NCBI GenBank assembly: GCA_019058275.1
Contig: JAHLVW010000058.1
Coordinates: forward strand, 1-64,000
Source: Candidatus Heimdallarchaeota archaeon
Lineage (GTDB): Archaea; Asgardarchaeota; Heimdallarchaeia; JABLTI01
DNA length: 64,000 nt
Reading direction: 5' to 3'
The position numbers and the translations under genes are program-made. Below are positions 20,032 to 30,009 of this stretch, in pieces. The notes beneath the pieces were generated by a model. It saw nothing but the letters and a program-made list of their open reading frames with translations, was not told the origin of the DNA and searched no databases. How positions within the stretch are numbered: the first letter of the stretch is position 1; every line of letters begins with the position of its first letter.

Positions 20032-20970
20032 TTACATTCCCTTTGTTAGATATTCAAATACAGCTTCCAAGCCTGCATCCAAACTTGTCATCTCACTAAT
20101 TTCAATTTTTGATTCAATAGCAATTTCAGGTATTAAGCAATAAAATGCATCTGGATCAGCTGTCCGGATACTAATATACTCCTTGTTCAAAACATCCATT
20201 TCGATATTCTGAACAAAATCGTAATCTAATAATTCGATAGCTAATTTCTTTCTCTCAGGAGTTCTAATCCTAATTGTGTGGGGATAATTGTCCATAAGTT
20301 CTCGAATGCTACTGATATCTCCTTGAGCAATTGCTCTACCAGCAAAAATCAACAAGATATTAGAAGTAACTCTTTCAACCTCATGTAGAATATGACTTGA
20401 GATTAGTATATCTTTACCAAATTCACGACCAAGAGATTGAATCAAAATTACTAATTCTCTTCTGACTAATGGATCGGTTGATTGTAATGGTTCATCAAGA
20501 AATAGAATGTCAGGATCATGAACAATAGCTTGTGCAATTTTTATTCTTTGTCTCATACCCTTTGAATAACCACCAATTGCTCTATCCATGCTATCCGTCA
20601 TTCCAACTAGATCAATTGCAGTTAAAGCTGCTTTCTCAGCTTCTTCTCTTGATATACCACTTAGCTTTGCTAAATCTCTAATAAATTTGCGACCAGTCAT
20701 CCACTCGAATAATTTCTCTTGCTCTGGACAAAAACCAAACCGTTTTAGAATTTCAGGATTATTCCAAACTTCATGTCCTTCAATGTAAATTTCACCTGAG
20801 CTTTGTCTGATTTGAGAAGTAGCAATATTCAAGAAAGTTGATTTTCCTGCTCCATTTGGCCCCAATAACCCAACGATACCTCTATCAATTTTAACTGTAA
20901 CTTTGTTGAGAGCCATTACTTCTTTGTACCATTTATTTAAATCATAAGTTTCTATAAAGTAACTCTTCAT
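20032..20970 (-). CDS. ABC transporter ATP-binding protein
   Basis: GPNGAGKST, YSKGMRQR, LFLDEP, SSHIL. Confidence 0.92.
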   Translation of the reverse strand: MKSYFIETYDLNKWYKEVMALNKVTVKIDRGIVGLLGPNGAGKSTFLNIATSQIRQSSGEIYIEGHEVWNNPEILKRFGFCPEQEKLFEWMTGRKFIRDLAKLSGISREEAEKAALTAIDLVGMTDSMDRAIGGYSKGMRQRIKIAQAIVHDPDILFLDEPLQSTDPLVRRELVILIQSLGREFGKDILISSHILHEVERVTSNILLIFAGRAIAQGDISSIRELMDNYPHTIRIRTPERKKLAIELLDYDFVQNIEMDVLNKEYISIRTADPDAFYCLIPEIAIESKIEISEMTSLDAGLEAVFEYLTKGM

Positions 20971-21872
20971 CAGTCAATTTCCTCCTTGTAAAGATTGTTT
21001 ATTGTGAAAAGGACACATATAATTGCAATTGCTAAAAGGATAACGATTGATATCCATCCATTGATATTAGCCTCATAGAAGGAACCTAGTAAGCCTTCAA
21101 AATCTGGTTTTCCAAATATAAGGAAAATCGCTGCGGTTAACAGAGTTGAGATAGATAGGTAATTTATCCAACTTATATCAAGAATACCTGAAATAGTTGT
21201 TATCAAAATGTCAGGTAGGAACAATATCATAATCGTAAGTATTCCAGCTAAAACGCTTTGATTGCTAAATGATGAGAAAAGCAATACTATTGATCCTAAG
21301 AAAAGTATTACCACTAAAGCAGAACCTGATGTTGATAAATAAACCCATAAAGTGTCTAAAAATTGTATTTGTGTGGAACCAGCTAGTAATGTGAAAAGAA
21401 TAAGAAACATTAACCACGGGATAAGAGTTACGAACGATGAAATCATGTAAACTGAGATTGTCTTACCTAATACATAGTCAATTCTGTCAATTGGTTTAGC
21501 CATATAAAGAGCCAGACTATTATGCTTCTTATCATTAGCAATAGTTCCTGAATTTAATGCACTTATGAATACTATTGGTAGAAAAATCAATCCAGCATTA
21601 AAGGTAAAATTAATCACCGTATACATAGCAACATCTAGCGTTCCAAACATACCAAAAAGCATTTCAGTTAAACCTTGTGGAAAGAATATTGCAGTAAAGA
21701 CTAACATTAATGTGAATGCAATCATAGGGATGTTGCAAAGTATCAATAGAAAAATGATTTTTTTGCCTGAAAATTGCACCCTAAAAGTCGTTGTGGCAAT
21801 TGACCATATTTTGAACCATCTCCCTTTTAATTCACCTTTATATCTTCTATAGCTTTTATCGAAAACGCTCAT
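20970..21872 (-). CDS. ABC-2 type exporter permease
   Basis: IANDKKHNSLALYMAKPIDRIDYVLGK motif and six TMs; overlaps the next gene's start by 1 nt. Confidence 0.85.
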   Translation of the reverse strand: MSVFDKSYRRYKGELKGRWFKIWSIATTTFRVQFSGKKIIFLLILCNIPMIAFTLMLVFTAIFFPQGLTEMLFGMFGTLDVAMYTVINFTFNAGLIFLPIVFISALNSGTIANDKKHNSLALYMAKPIDRIDYVLGKTISVYMISSFVTLIPWLMFLILFTLLAGSTQIQFLDTLWVYLSTSGSALVVILFLGSIVLLFSSFSNQSVLAGILTIMILFLPDILITTISGILDISWINYLSISTLLTAAIFLIFGKPDFEGLLGSFYEANINGWISIVILLAIAIICVLFTINNLYKEEID

Positions 21873-21875
21873 ACT

Positions 21876-22871
21876 TCATTTACCTCCTGAAGGTTGGCTT
21901 ACATTAGAATTATCCACATCATCTTCAATTCTGTGAATAAATACATCTTCCAAAATTACTTTTCTAGGAATCATAGTTCTAATCTGAACGCCAGTTTTAT
22001 AGGCTATTTCTATGATTTTCTGATTGATATGTTCATCAGAAAAATCAACCTTCACTATTTTATCTTCAACTCTAAATTGCAACCCATTTTCTTTTAATCC
22101 GATCAAAAATTCCTCTAAATTGCCTTTTATTCTGACATTCATCACTTTTTGTTCTTGACTCAAAGATTCTTGACCAGTTAATTCTGAGATACTTCCTTGA
22201 GTAACTACTTCCCCTCTGTTTAATATAGTAGCATAATCACACATGGCTTCTATATCAGGTAGTAAATGAGAACAGACAATAATGTCAATTCCATGATCTT
22301 TGCTTATTTCTCTAATAAGTGCAATCATGTCAATTCTACCTTTCGGATCAAGGCCATTTGTTGGTTCATCTAGAAATATTAATACTGGATCATTAACAAG
22401 TGCTTGAGCCAGTTTTAACCTTTGAAGCATACCTGTTGAAAATTCGTTTACCTTCCTATAACGAGCTTCATCTAATCCAACATATTGCAATGTTTCATGT
22501 GATCTTTGCATCGCTTCTGCTTTTGGCAAACCAGCTATTCTGCCTAAAAGCGAAACTTGTTTAACTGCGTTGACACCAGGAATCAAAGTATAATGTTCAG
22601 GCATATAACCAACTCGTTCTCTAATTTGCTTTCCTTCTTTGAAAATGTCAAATCCAAGAACCTGTGCATCTCCTGATGTTGCACCTATGTATCCTAGTAG
22701 TACTTTTAATAAAGTACTTTTACCTGCACCGTTTGGACCAAGAATTGAATTAGCTCCTGAGTTAATAGAAAACGAAATCTCATTTAATGCTAAAACGCTA
22801 TGCTCGGATTTGGGATTACCAAAAATCTTTGTAATCCCATCTACAAATAATACTTCTTGAGTGCTACCCAT
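21876..22871 (-). CDS. ABC transporter ATP-binding protein
   Basis: GPNGAGKST, FSTGMLQR, IFLDEPTNGLDP, SHLL. ATG at 22871 follows GGAGTGA. Confidence 0.92.
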   Translation of the reverse strand: MGSTQEVLFVDGITKIFGNPKSEHSVLALNEISFSINSGANSILGPNGAGKSTLLKVLLGYIGATSGDAQVLGFDIFKEGKQIRERVGYMPEHYTLIPGVNAVKQVSLLGRIAGLPKAEAMQRSHETLQYVGLDEARYRKVNEFSTGMLQRLKLAQALVNDPVLIFLDEPTNGLDPKGRIDMIALIREISKDHGIDIIVCSHLLPDIEAMCDYATILNRGEVVTQGSISELTGQESLSQEQKVMNVRIKGNLEEFLIGLKENGLQFRVEDKIVKVDFSDEHINQKIIEIAYKTGVQIRTMIPRKVILEDVFIHRIEDDVDNSNVSQPSGGK

Positions 22872-23145
22872 TGTCTTCACTCCAAAGTCTCGATATATCC
22901 TCAAACAATCGAAATACTTTGCATTAGTCTATTGTATTATTGAGCTATTCCTTTTTAATACTAACTAAACTCTCGGATTCTAGGTAATGTAAAAACAGAA
23001 AGATATTCAGAAGAATTAAAATAATTTGCCAACGATAATTAACAAAGCAAATTTGTATCATTGGTTTGAGTATTAAATTCCGAGAAAATTAATAATAAGA
23101 TTGTGTCAAATTTAGAGTAAACTATCTTAATAGGAACAACAGTAT

Positions 23146-25050
23146 ATGCAAAATAAAAAGAAAGCACTAGAGGGAGGAAACATTAGTAAAAATCCAAGAG
23201 ACGATTTAACGATCTTTGACGATCAGGAAATTGTTCTTTGGGCAAATGCTTTTCGAGATATTTTAGATATACGTATATCACTTATAGATTCAAATAAAGA
23301 GCTAATATTTACCACAGATAATTCAGTAGATGTTATTGGTTATTCTTTAGAAGATTTCAAACTACTAACGATTTTCGGTTACATCCATCCAGATGACAGA
23401 GAAAAAGTTAGATTGAACTTTAATGATTTTAATGATAATAATATTTCAAATCCTTTGGTTTATCGTATTTTCAAACCAAATGGAGAAATGAGATGGATAC
23501 GAGGAATAGCTCAAAAATTCTTAAATAATGAGACAAAAACTGAAATTGGTACAACTATTGTAGAATTTGATGTTACAGATCAAATTAAACCCAATGAGTT
23601 CGATTCAGAGGAAGGTATCTTTAGAACCTTAATTGAGCTAATTAGGACACCAATTCTCTTTATGAAAAATAATCAAATATACTGGACTTCAAAGAATTGG
23701 CAAAAGTTTTTTGGATATACTCATAACGAAGTGAAAAATAATTCCATAGAATTCCTGTTCAAAAATCAAGATTGCTTCGCGAAATTTCTTTTTGATTGTA
23801 ATAAAATTTTGAAAATAGAAGGAGAATTACTTCACCAAGCAGAATTTGTAACAAAGAAAAAAGTCTCTCATTTGTTTGATGTTCGTATTTACACAATTGA
23901 TAAAAATAATCTTTCAAAAGGAGTATTGCTATTTTTCGTAGATGTAACTCAAGAGAATAGTATAAATCAAACTAAAGATGAAACAATAGACTTCTATGAA
24001 AATATTGTAGAGAATTTTGAGACAATAATCCTAAGAATAGAAAATAAAAAAATTATTTGGGTAAATAAACTTGTACAAAGTATACTTCAATATAAAACTG
24101 ATGAATTAATTGGTATGAATTTAGATATTCTGTTTCAAACTAAAGATGCACTTAAAGAATTAATTAATGAAATAAATAAAGCATTTCTTGACAATAGGAA
24201 TTTTGTTAGTGAAATTACATGTATACGCAAAGATCGTATGCCTTTATCATTTCTAGCTAGAGCAACTAATGTATCTTATGAAGAGAAGCTATGTTACATT
24301 TTAGTTCTTGATCCAGTTAGTGATTTGAGACAATTGATTAATGAATTAAGAGATGAAAAAAGTGAATTAGAGTTCTATAGTGATCTACTATTTCATGATG
24401 TAAAGAATCTTTGTCAGGATGCATTATCGCAGATTGATCTATCATTACTAAGAATGGAGACAAATCCTTCAGAGTCTGAGAGTAGACAAAGAAAAAGTAT
24501 GATCGAAATTCTACGTATTGCAGAACTAATAACCAACGTGGATAAATTCTTCAAAATAAAACGGAAAGGATATGAAATACAATCATATGATATTCGTAAA
24601 TCTCTAGAAAGAGCGATTGAAAAAATTCAAACAAAATTCGACCACAAAAAGGTCACAATTAGTCACAATCTAAAATCAGGAAGGTTCTTTACTTTGGGAA
24701 ATGAACTTCTTGATGATGCTTTCTTCAATATATTTGATAATGCAGTAATGTATGATCGAAATCCCGAAGTTATAATTGATTTTCAAATATCTACTTCTGA
24801 TAATATTGATGGTTATTGGAAAATTGAATTCCTTGATAATGGACCTGGGATTGGAAATGAGATGAAGAAATTTCTGTTTGATCGCTTTGCTAGAAGTAAA
24901 GGAACAATACATGGCTCTGGCTTTGGTTTAACCTTGGTAAAAGCAATAATTGAAAGTTTCAATGGTCATATCTCGGTTAAGGATAAGGATGAAAAGAATC
25001 GATCTAAAGGTTCCATATTTATTATTGAGATTCCGAAAGCAGTTTCATAA
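23146..25050 (+). CDS. Cytoplasmic multi-PAS sensor histidine kinase
   Basis: PAS (IHPDDRE...GEMRWI) plus two more PAS-like repeats; H-box LFHDVKN, N-box NIFDNAVMY, G1 DNGPGI, F box LFDRF, G2 GSGFGL. Confidence 0.88.
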   Translation: MQNKKKALEGGNISKNPRDDLTIFDDQEIVLWANAFRDILDIRISLIDSNKELIFTTDNSVDVIGYSLEDFKLLTIFGYIHPDDREKVRLNFNDFNDNNISNPLVYRIFKPNGEMRWIRGIAQKFLNNETKTEIGTTIVEFDVTDQIKPNEFDSEEGIFRTLIELIRTPILFMKNNQIYWTSKNWQKFFGYTHNEVKNNSIEFLFKNQDCFAKFLFDCNKILKIEGELLHQAEFVTKKKVSHLFDVRIYTIDKNNLSKGVLLFFVDVTQENSINQTKDETIDFYENIVENFETIILRIENKKIIWVNKLVQSILQYKTDELIGMNLDILFQTKDALKELINEINKAFLDNRNFVSEITCIRKDRMPLSFLARATNVSYEEKLCYILVLDPVSDLRQLINELRDEKSELEFYSDLLFHDVKNLCQDALSQIDLSLLRMETNPSESESRQRKSMIEILRIAELITNVDKFFKIKRKGYEIQSYDIRKSLERAIEKIQTKFDHKKVTISHNLKSGRFFTLGNELLDDAFFNIFDNAVMYDRNPEVIIDFQISTSDNIDGYWKIEFLDNGPGIGNEMKKFLFDRFARSKGTIHGSGFGLTLVKAIIESFNGHISVKDKDEKNRSKGSIFIIEIPKAVS

Positions 25051-25779
25051 ATTGTGTAAAAGTGTATTGCTTTTCAATTTCATTAGTAGGTTTGGAAGTT
25101 CTTTTACATGATTTATAATGAAATCAGGTTTAAACTGTTCAAGAACCATTCGCTTACCTTTCTCAGCTCCAATAAAATTAACAACAGCACATGTCAAAGT
25201 TCCTGCTCTCTTTCCAGCTTGAATATCATGTGGTAAATCACCAACAAAAATCGTTTCCTGAGGTTTCAATCCGAGTTTCTTCATAGCCATTATTAGTCCA
25301 AAAGGGTGCGGTTTGGTGTATTTTAAATCTTGTTGTGCAATTATTACATCAACATCTTTTAGGTGTTTAAATTTCTTATAAGCACTTTCTATAACATCTT
25401 TTTCTGCATGAGTTACTAAAGCTGTTTTGTAGTTTTTCGTTGCAAATTCCAAAACTTCATCCGCATATTCTTCAGGAGTAATATTATTGTTGTTTTTCTT
25501 AATTAAAACAGATAAGTAAATTATGAATCTTAACATTTGAAAATAGTTTAGGTTTAATGTTCGACTAATTTTAACAATAACTTTAGGAACATAAAATAGA
25601 CTTCTTTTTTGTTCTTTCAAATAGATTTTCATTATTTCATTCAAAGAATAGAGGATTTCTATTTTTGTAGCATTTGGTTTTACTTTTTTTAGTGCATGAA
25701 AGAATGGCCAACCTAGTCTAACAACAATTGACGAAAGCACTCCATCAAAATCAAATAGTATTCCTCTTATTTTTTTCAT
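25045..25779 (-). CDS. HAD-superfamily hydrolase (phosphoglycolate-phosphatase-like)
   Basis: LFDFDGVL, LVT, TKPHP and FVGDLPHDIQAGKRAG motifs. Confidence 0.9.
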   Translation of the reverse strand: MKKIRGILFDFDGVLSSIVVRLGWPFFHALKKVKPNATKIEILYSLNEIMKIYLKEQKRSLFYVPKVIVKISRTLNLNYFQMLRFIIYLSVLIKKNNNNITPEEYADEVLEFATKNYKTALVTHAEKDVIESAYKKFKHLKDVDVIIAQQDLKYTKPHPFGLIMAMKKLGLKPQETIFVGDLPHDIQAGKRAGTLTCAVVNFIGAEKGKRMVLEQFKPDFIINHVKELPNLLMKLKSNTLLHNL

Positions 25780-25989
25780 TGAATTTTCATCCTAAATCAT
25801 TTGTCTAAACACAATTAATGATGGTATAATCTACTATCTTTTCTCTCTCAGAAAAAGCTTAAAAAGTTCTAAATAATGATTTATAATTTTTACAAACATT
25901 ATGAAATGGTTTAAAATGTTAATAAGCAATATTACAAACGTGATTTCCTTATCCCGGAATGTATTTTCTTGGCTTCTGGTGACAAATTG

Positions 25990-27777
25990 ATGACTGAAAA
26001 CAACAACAATGATGATAAACCAAATGAACAAACAAGTGAGGATACAAGAGATAGTCAGATTTGTTCAAATTGTGGAGAGAAGAATCCGATAAATAATCTC
26101 TTTTGCAATTATTGTGGTCATCATTTCGTAGAAAAAGTAAAATGTAGAAGATGCGATCGAGAAATTCCTGTTTATAATACATTTTGTGGTTACTGTGGAG
26201 CACCAATGAGAGCTACACAACAGACCACTCGAACTACAACTGAAACACCGCATCAAGGATTCATTCAGCAACAGCAACCAATTCAGAGGAGCTACTATGA
26301 TACTCCTTCTATGTCACGACTACCTCCAGAAGTAGAAGCAAGATTAATAGAGCAGCAACGTTTAGCAAAACTTGAATCAAGAAATACATTAGCTAAAATT
26401 TTCGGTATAATATTTCTTATTATTGGAATTGGTGTTTTAATTAACTACATAACTTCAATTTTCATTTATAGTACTGAATATTTCGAACAAATAATTGCTG
26501 ATTATGGTTACGAAGAAGTAAGTGATGGTTTGCTTTATGGAATGCTAACCGCTTTAAATCTACCAGCTATTGTAATCTTCTTTGGTGCAGGTGCTTCACT
26601 TATATGGTACAAACCAGAAGGAAACTATTGGAAAGGCATGTATCAAACTTTAAGGTTTATTTTTGTTGGCTTTTCGATGGTTTTAGCTTTGATTTCAATA
26701 ATATCTACAATTACTTGGTTATTTTATAATCCTAGTGTTCAAATTACTGGATACGAAAGCTTCTGGTTATTCTATATTATCAGAATTCCAGTAGACATGA
26801 AGATTTCAAATCTTTATATAGCACTATTGTCTGTTTATCTATTCTGTATATTTATATTGATTCTACCTCCAATCATAAAGAGTGTTAAAGAGAGAACTTC
26901 TCAAAGTAGCGATAAAGAAGTTACCAAATATAAGACAGAAGAAGCTAATGAAATCGAAGAAACAAAACCCGAAAACCCAGATTTAGAATTAAAAAGTAAA
27001 ACTGAGACAATAAGCCGTTTAGAAGCTAAAAAAGGCAGGATGCCAGCTATTTTCTACACTATAAAGAATACTCCTCTAATAAAAACAATGGAACTGTTAG
27101 GACTTTCAATGATAGTATCAATAATTCTGATTTTCATATTATCTCCTTTTATCAATGAAGAAACTACTGTTGAACTAGAAGATCCATTTATCACTGTAAT
27201 AGCTGTTTTTTGGGCAGGAATTTTTGAAGAAATAAGTTTTCGACTAATTTTAATCGGAGTTCCTATGATTATTGTTGTAATCGTTAGATACAATTTGCAG
27301 AACAAACAAACTAGGGAGAAAATAGAGAACAGTTTTGGTAAATTGCCAAAAAGTCAACCTAAACTTACAATTATAGATGTAGTGCTTTCATTTAGAGGAA
27401 AATATAAGATCATAGGTTATCCTGAATGGATACTAGTTGGGATATCTTCATTGCTATTTGGATTTGCACATTGGAGCAAGTGGACTGGTGGATGGGGTGC
27501 ATGGAAAATAGTTCAAGCAGCAGTTGCTGGTTTCTTTTTAAGCTATGCATTTGTAAAGTATGGACTTACATCTGCAATATTCATCCATGTAACAAATAAT
27601 GTTATTTCAGCTCTTTCAATTTTTAGCGCAGAAATCGATAATGCTGAATTCCTTGCTGGTTTTACAATGTTCCTGACAATGATACTATTGTTATTAGGAT
27701 TAATGAAAGCAGTAAGCATAATAATCAATTTAGTCTACAAGCAATTTGTCTTGAAAAAATCTGGGATTTCAAGATAA
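25990..27777 (+). CDS. Double-zinc-ribbon CPBP (Rce1/Abi-like) intramembrane glutamic endopeptidase
   Basis: Four CxxC pairs at the N-terminus; CPBP motifs EEISFR, FGFAH and AIFIHVTNN. ATG at 25990 follows GGTGA. Confidence 0.85.
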   Translation: MTENNNNDDKPNEQTSEDTRDSQICSNCGEKNPINNLFCNYCGHHFVEKVKCRRCDREIPVYNTFCGYCGAPMRATQQTTRTTTETPHQGFIQQQQPIQRSYYDTPSMSRLPPEVEARLIEQQRLAKLESRNTLAKIFGIIFLIIGIGVLINYITSIFIYSTEYFEQIIADYGYEEVSDGLLYGMLTALNLPAIVIFFGAGASLIWYKPEGNYWKGMYQTLRFIFVGFSMVLALISIISTITWLFYNPSVQITGYESFWLFYIIRIPVDMKISNLYIALLSVYLFCIFILILPPIIKSVKERTSQSSDKEVTKYKTEEANEIEETKPENPDLELKSKTETISRLEAKKGRMPAIFYTIKNTPLIKTMELLGLSMIVSIILIFILSPFINEETTVELEDPFITVIAVFWAGIFEEISFRLILIGVPMIIVVIVRYNLQNKQTREKIENSFGKLPKSQPKLTIIDVVLSFRGKYKIIGYPEWILVGISSLLFGFAHWSKWTGGWGAWKIVQAAVAGFFLSYAFVKYGLTSAIFIHVTNNVISALSIFSAEIDNAEFLAGFTMFLTMILLLLGLMKAVSIIINLVYKQFVLKKSGISR

Positions 27778-27857
27778 AATTACTAGATTTGAATCTTGGT
27801 AAGAAATTTATAATTATCTATGCTACAGAAGATGAATAGATATTAGGGATAACTGAA

Positions 27858-28361
27858 ATGAATAATGATAAATCAAAAGAGAAGCAAATTGTACACGTTA
27901 TAGGAATAGGTAACCTTACTCGTTTAGATGATGGTGTTGCTATTAGAGTGGTGCATGAGCTTGAAAAGATAGAATTTCCTTCTGGTGTAAAAATTACTGA
28001 TTTAGGTACTGGCGGTGTAGACATAGCTCTAATCTTTGATGGATGGTCATATGGAATAATAATTGATGCAGTTGATATTGAAGGGTTAACACCGGGAGAA
28101 GTTGTAGAGTTCAAAATAACAGAAAATAATTTACCTGATGTAAAAGGACTAAGTTCTAGTCATGGTTTCGATGCCTTAATAGCACTAAAACTTGCTTATG
28201 TGGTTTCAGAATTTAACCTTCCAAGGGAAATTGTTATACTAGGAATCCAGATAGAACAAATGGCTGGTTTTGGAATTAAACTATCATCATCTGTTGAAAA
28301 AGCAATACCTATTGTTATAGAAAGAGTTGATGAACTTATTGAATTATATCTTCAAAAATAA
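27858..28361 (+). CDS. Hydrogenase maturation protease (HycI/HybD family)
   Basis: VIGIGNLTRLDDGVA, IIIDAVD...PG, SSHG. Confidence 0.88.
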   Translation: MNNDKSKEKQIVHVIGIGNLTRLDDGVAIRVVHELEKIEFPSGVKITDLGTGGVDIALIFDGWSYGIIIDAVDIEGLTPGEVVEFKITENNLPDVKGLSSSHGFDALIALKLAYVVSEFNLPREIVILGIQIEQMAGFGIKLSSSVEKAIPIVIERVDELIELYLQK

Positions 28362-28889
28362 TTAATCGAATTTAGAAATTTTGTCTAAAGATAATCGAGC
28401 AATTTCATTGAAAACTAACTCAACTCCTAAACCATTCGCAGAAGAAGTCTCAATATATCTGATAGCATTGTATTTCTTTATTGTATCCTCAACAATATCA
28501 TCTGCAATTAGTGTATCTCTCGGTAAATCGCTTTTTCCACCAACTAAGATTATTTCAGTTTTTGTATTTTTATCAACAAAACCATACCAAGTATCTAAAC
28601 CACCAATAGATAAGGCTCGAGTTAAATCAAACATTAAAACAGCAACAAGTGCTCCTCTAAAATAATTATCGAAAATACCCATTTGTTTGAATTGTTCTTG
28701 CCCACCACAATCCCAAACGCTTAAAGAAATGTCTCTTCCTTGATGACTCATCTGATGTATGTGAAAACCAACACCAATTGTGAGTTTTGTTGTATCGATA
28801 AATTCTCCTGTTAGATAACGTTGAATCAGTGTAGTTTTTCCAACACCACCATCTCCACCAAACACAACTTTAGCTATTATTTTCGACAT
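28362..28889 (-). CDS. Rab/Ras-like small GTPase (175 aa)
   Basis: G1 GDGGVGKT, G2 LTIGVGF, G3 WDCGGQE, YFRGA, G4 GGKSD, G5 ETSS. ATG at 28889 follows GGTGG. No C-terminal Cys/CAAX. Confidence 0.92.
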   Translation of the reverse strand: MSKIIAKVVFGGDGGVGKTTLIQRYLTGEFIDTTKLTIGVGFHIHQMSHQGRDISLSVWDCGGQEQFKQMGIFDNYFRGALVAVLMFDLTRALSIGGLDTWYGFVDKNTKTEIILVGGKSDLPRDTLIADDIVEDTIKKYNAIRYIETSSANGLGVELVFNEIARLSLDKISKFD

Positions 28890-29034
28890 TGATGCGTCCC
28901 ACCAAAGTAATTTATCAACATATATTTTGTAATAACAAATCAATAGTGCAATATTATTTAATATAAAGCTATTCGTTTTAACAAATAGCTTTTCAAAAAG
29001 CTTCAAAATAATAAAAAAATAAAGAGGAGATTGA

Positions 29035-29838
29035 CTAATGTATCTTTTCAATGGAAACATTAAGTCTATCAAGAATTTTGGACATTTCATTAATTTCAGT
29101 AACTGAAACAACTTTGAGTCTGTTTTTGAAAACACTAGAATTTAATTCTGATGCACTTTTATAGATCTGTCTTCTTCTCCAAACAGAAGGATCTGGATGA
29201 TAAAAAAGAATTGATAAAGTATTTTTGCTTTTATCAGCAACATAGAAGACATCTGTTGCTGGGATTTTCTTGCCAATTAATTCTTTTGGTGAGCCATCTT
29301 CAAGGATTGTGAAAATTCTTGGTAGTTTGCCTGAGAATAATAATCCCATTTTCTTAGAAAGCTCTTGAAGATTAGCGTGTGTTAAATCTCTTTCAGAAGT
29401 TATATCCCTAACGATAACAGAGAAGTATGGCTTAATTAAACCATAAGCATCTAAGATTTCTCGAGTATAATCTTCGTTAAACAATAAGAAGAGAATGCAT
29501 TTTCGACCAAATTCCATTATGCGTTGGTCTTCAGATGCCTCAGCTTCAACATCGAAAGTAATTGCCATTGCACGTAAATTACTAGCATCTGGAACAGGTA
29601 AGGGACCAAATGATCTTTTATCATCCATTGTGTCAAAGATTTGTGCTTTTTTCTCTTTCATTGTTTTGTTTGAAGCCCCTTCATCTAAACCTACAATTGT
29701 CATTCCTTCTACAGCTAACGTAAGAGTTTGCTCTTCTTTAAGATCTGTATCATTATAAATGACTGAAGGTCCAGTATCTTCAAATGTTACAAAGACAATT
29801 CCCAGTAAGTGTTCTTTTTTCGATTCCAATCCAGACAT
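29035..29838 (-). CDS. Putative uDENN/longin-domain plus gelsolin-like domain fusion protein
   Basis: N-terminal GIVFVTFEDTGPSVIY (uDENN F..GP hairpin), FGPLPVP and DQR...GRKCILF. C-terminal RIF...DVFYVAD...S..RR....ASELN...V..V.E matches the gelsolin-repeat pattern. Confidence 0.6.
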   Translation of the reverse strand: MSGLESKKEHLLGIVFVTFEDTGPSVIYNDTDLKEEQTLTLAVEGMTIVGLDEGASNKTMKEKKAQIFDTMDDKRSFGPLPVPDASNLRAMAITFDVEAEASEDQRIMEFGRKCILFLLFNEDYTREILDAYGLIKPYFSVIVRDITSERDLTHANLQELSKKMGLLFSGKLPRIFTILEDGSPKELIGKKIPATDVFYVADKSKNTLSILFYHPDPSVWRRRQIYKSASELNSSVFKNRLKVVSVTEINEMSKILDRLNVSIEKIH

Positions 29839-30009
29839 TTGATATCAACCTTTTTAGGATTTTTTAGTTATATTCTTTAAATGATTTTTAAAGTGCAACG
29901 GATTATGTTATGAAATTATACTTTTGAATTTATAAATCTGTTTTTCTCTGATTTTTTCTGTAAAGTTTTTATTTTTCTGTTAACTTGATGCTAATTTCTA
30001 AATAAATGC

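Noticed and set aside
25990-28889. Rce1-like protease processing the neighbouring Rab-like GTPase (CAAX pathway)
   Set aside because: The GTPase ends ...DKISKFD with no Cys/CAAX motif, and the genes are on opposite strands.
28890-29135. 82-aa N-terminal extension of the Rab-like ORF in the ORF track
   Set aside because: It overlaps the upstream gene in another frame and runs through AT-rich intergenic DNA. ATG 28889 has a GGTGG SD and gives a normal-sized GTPase.
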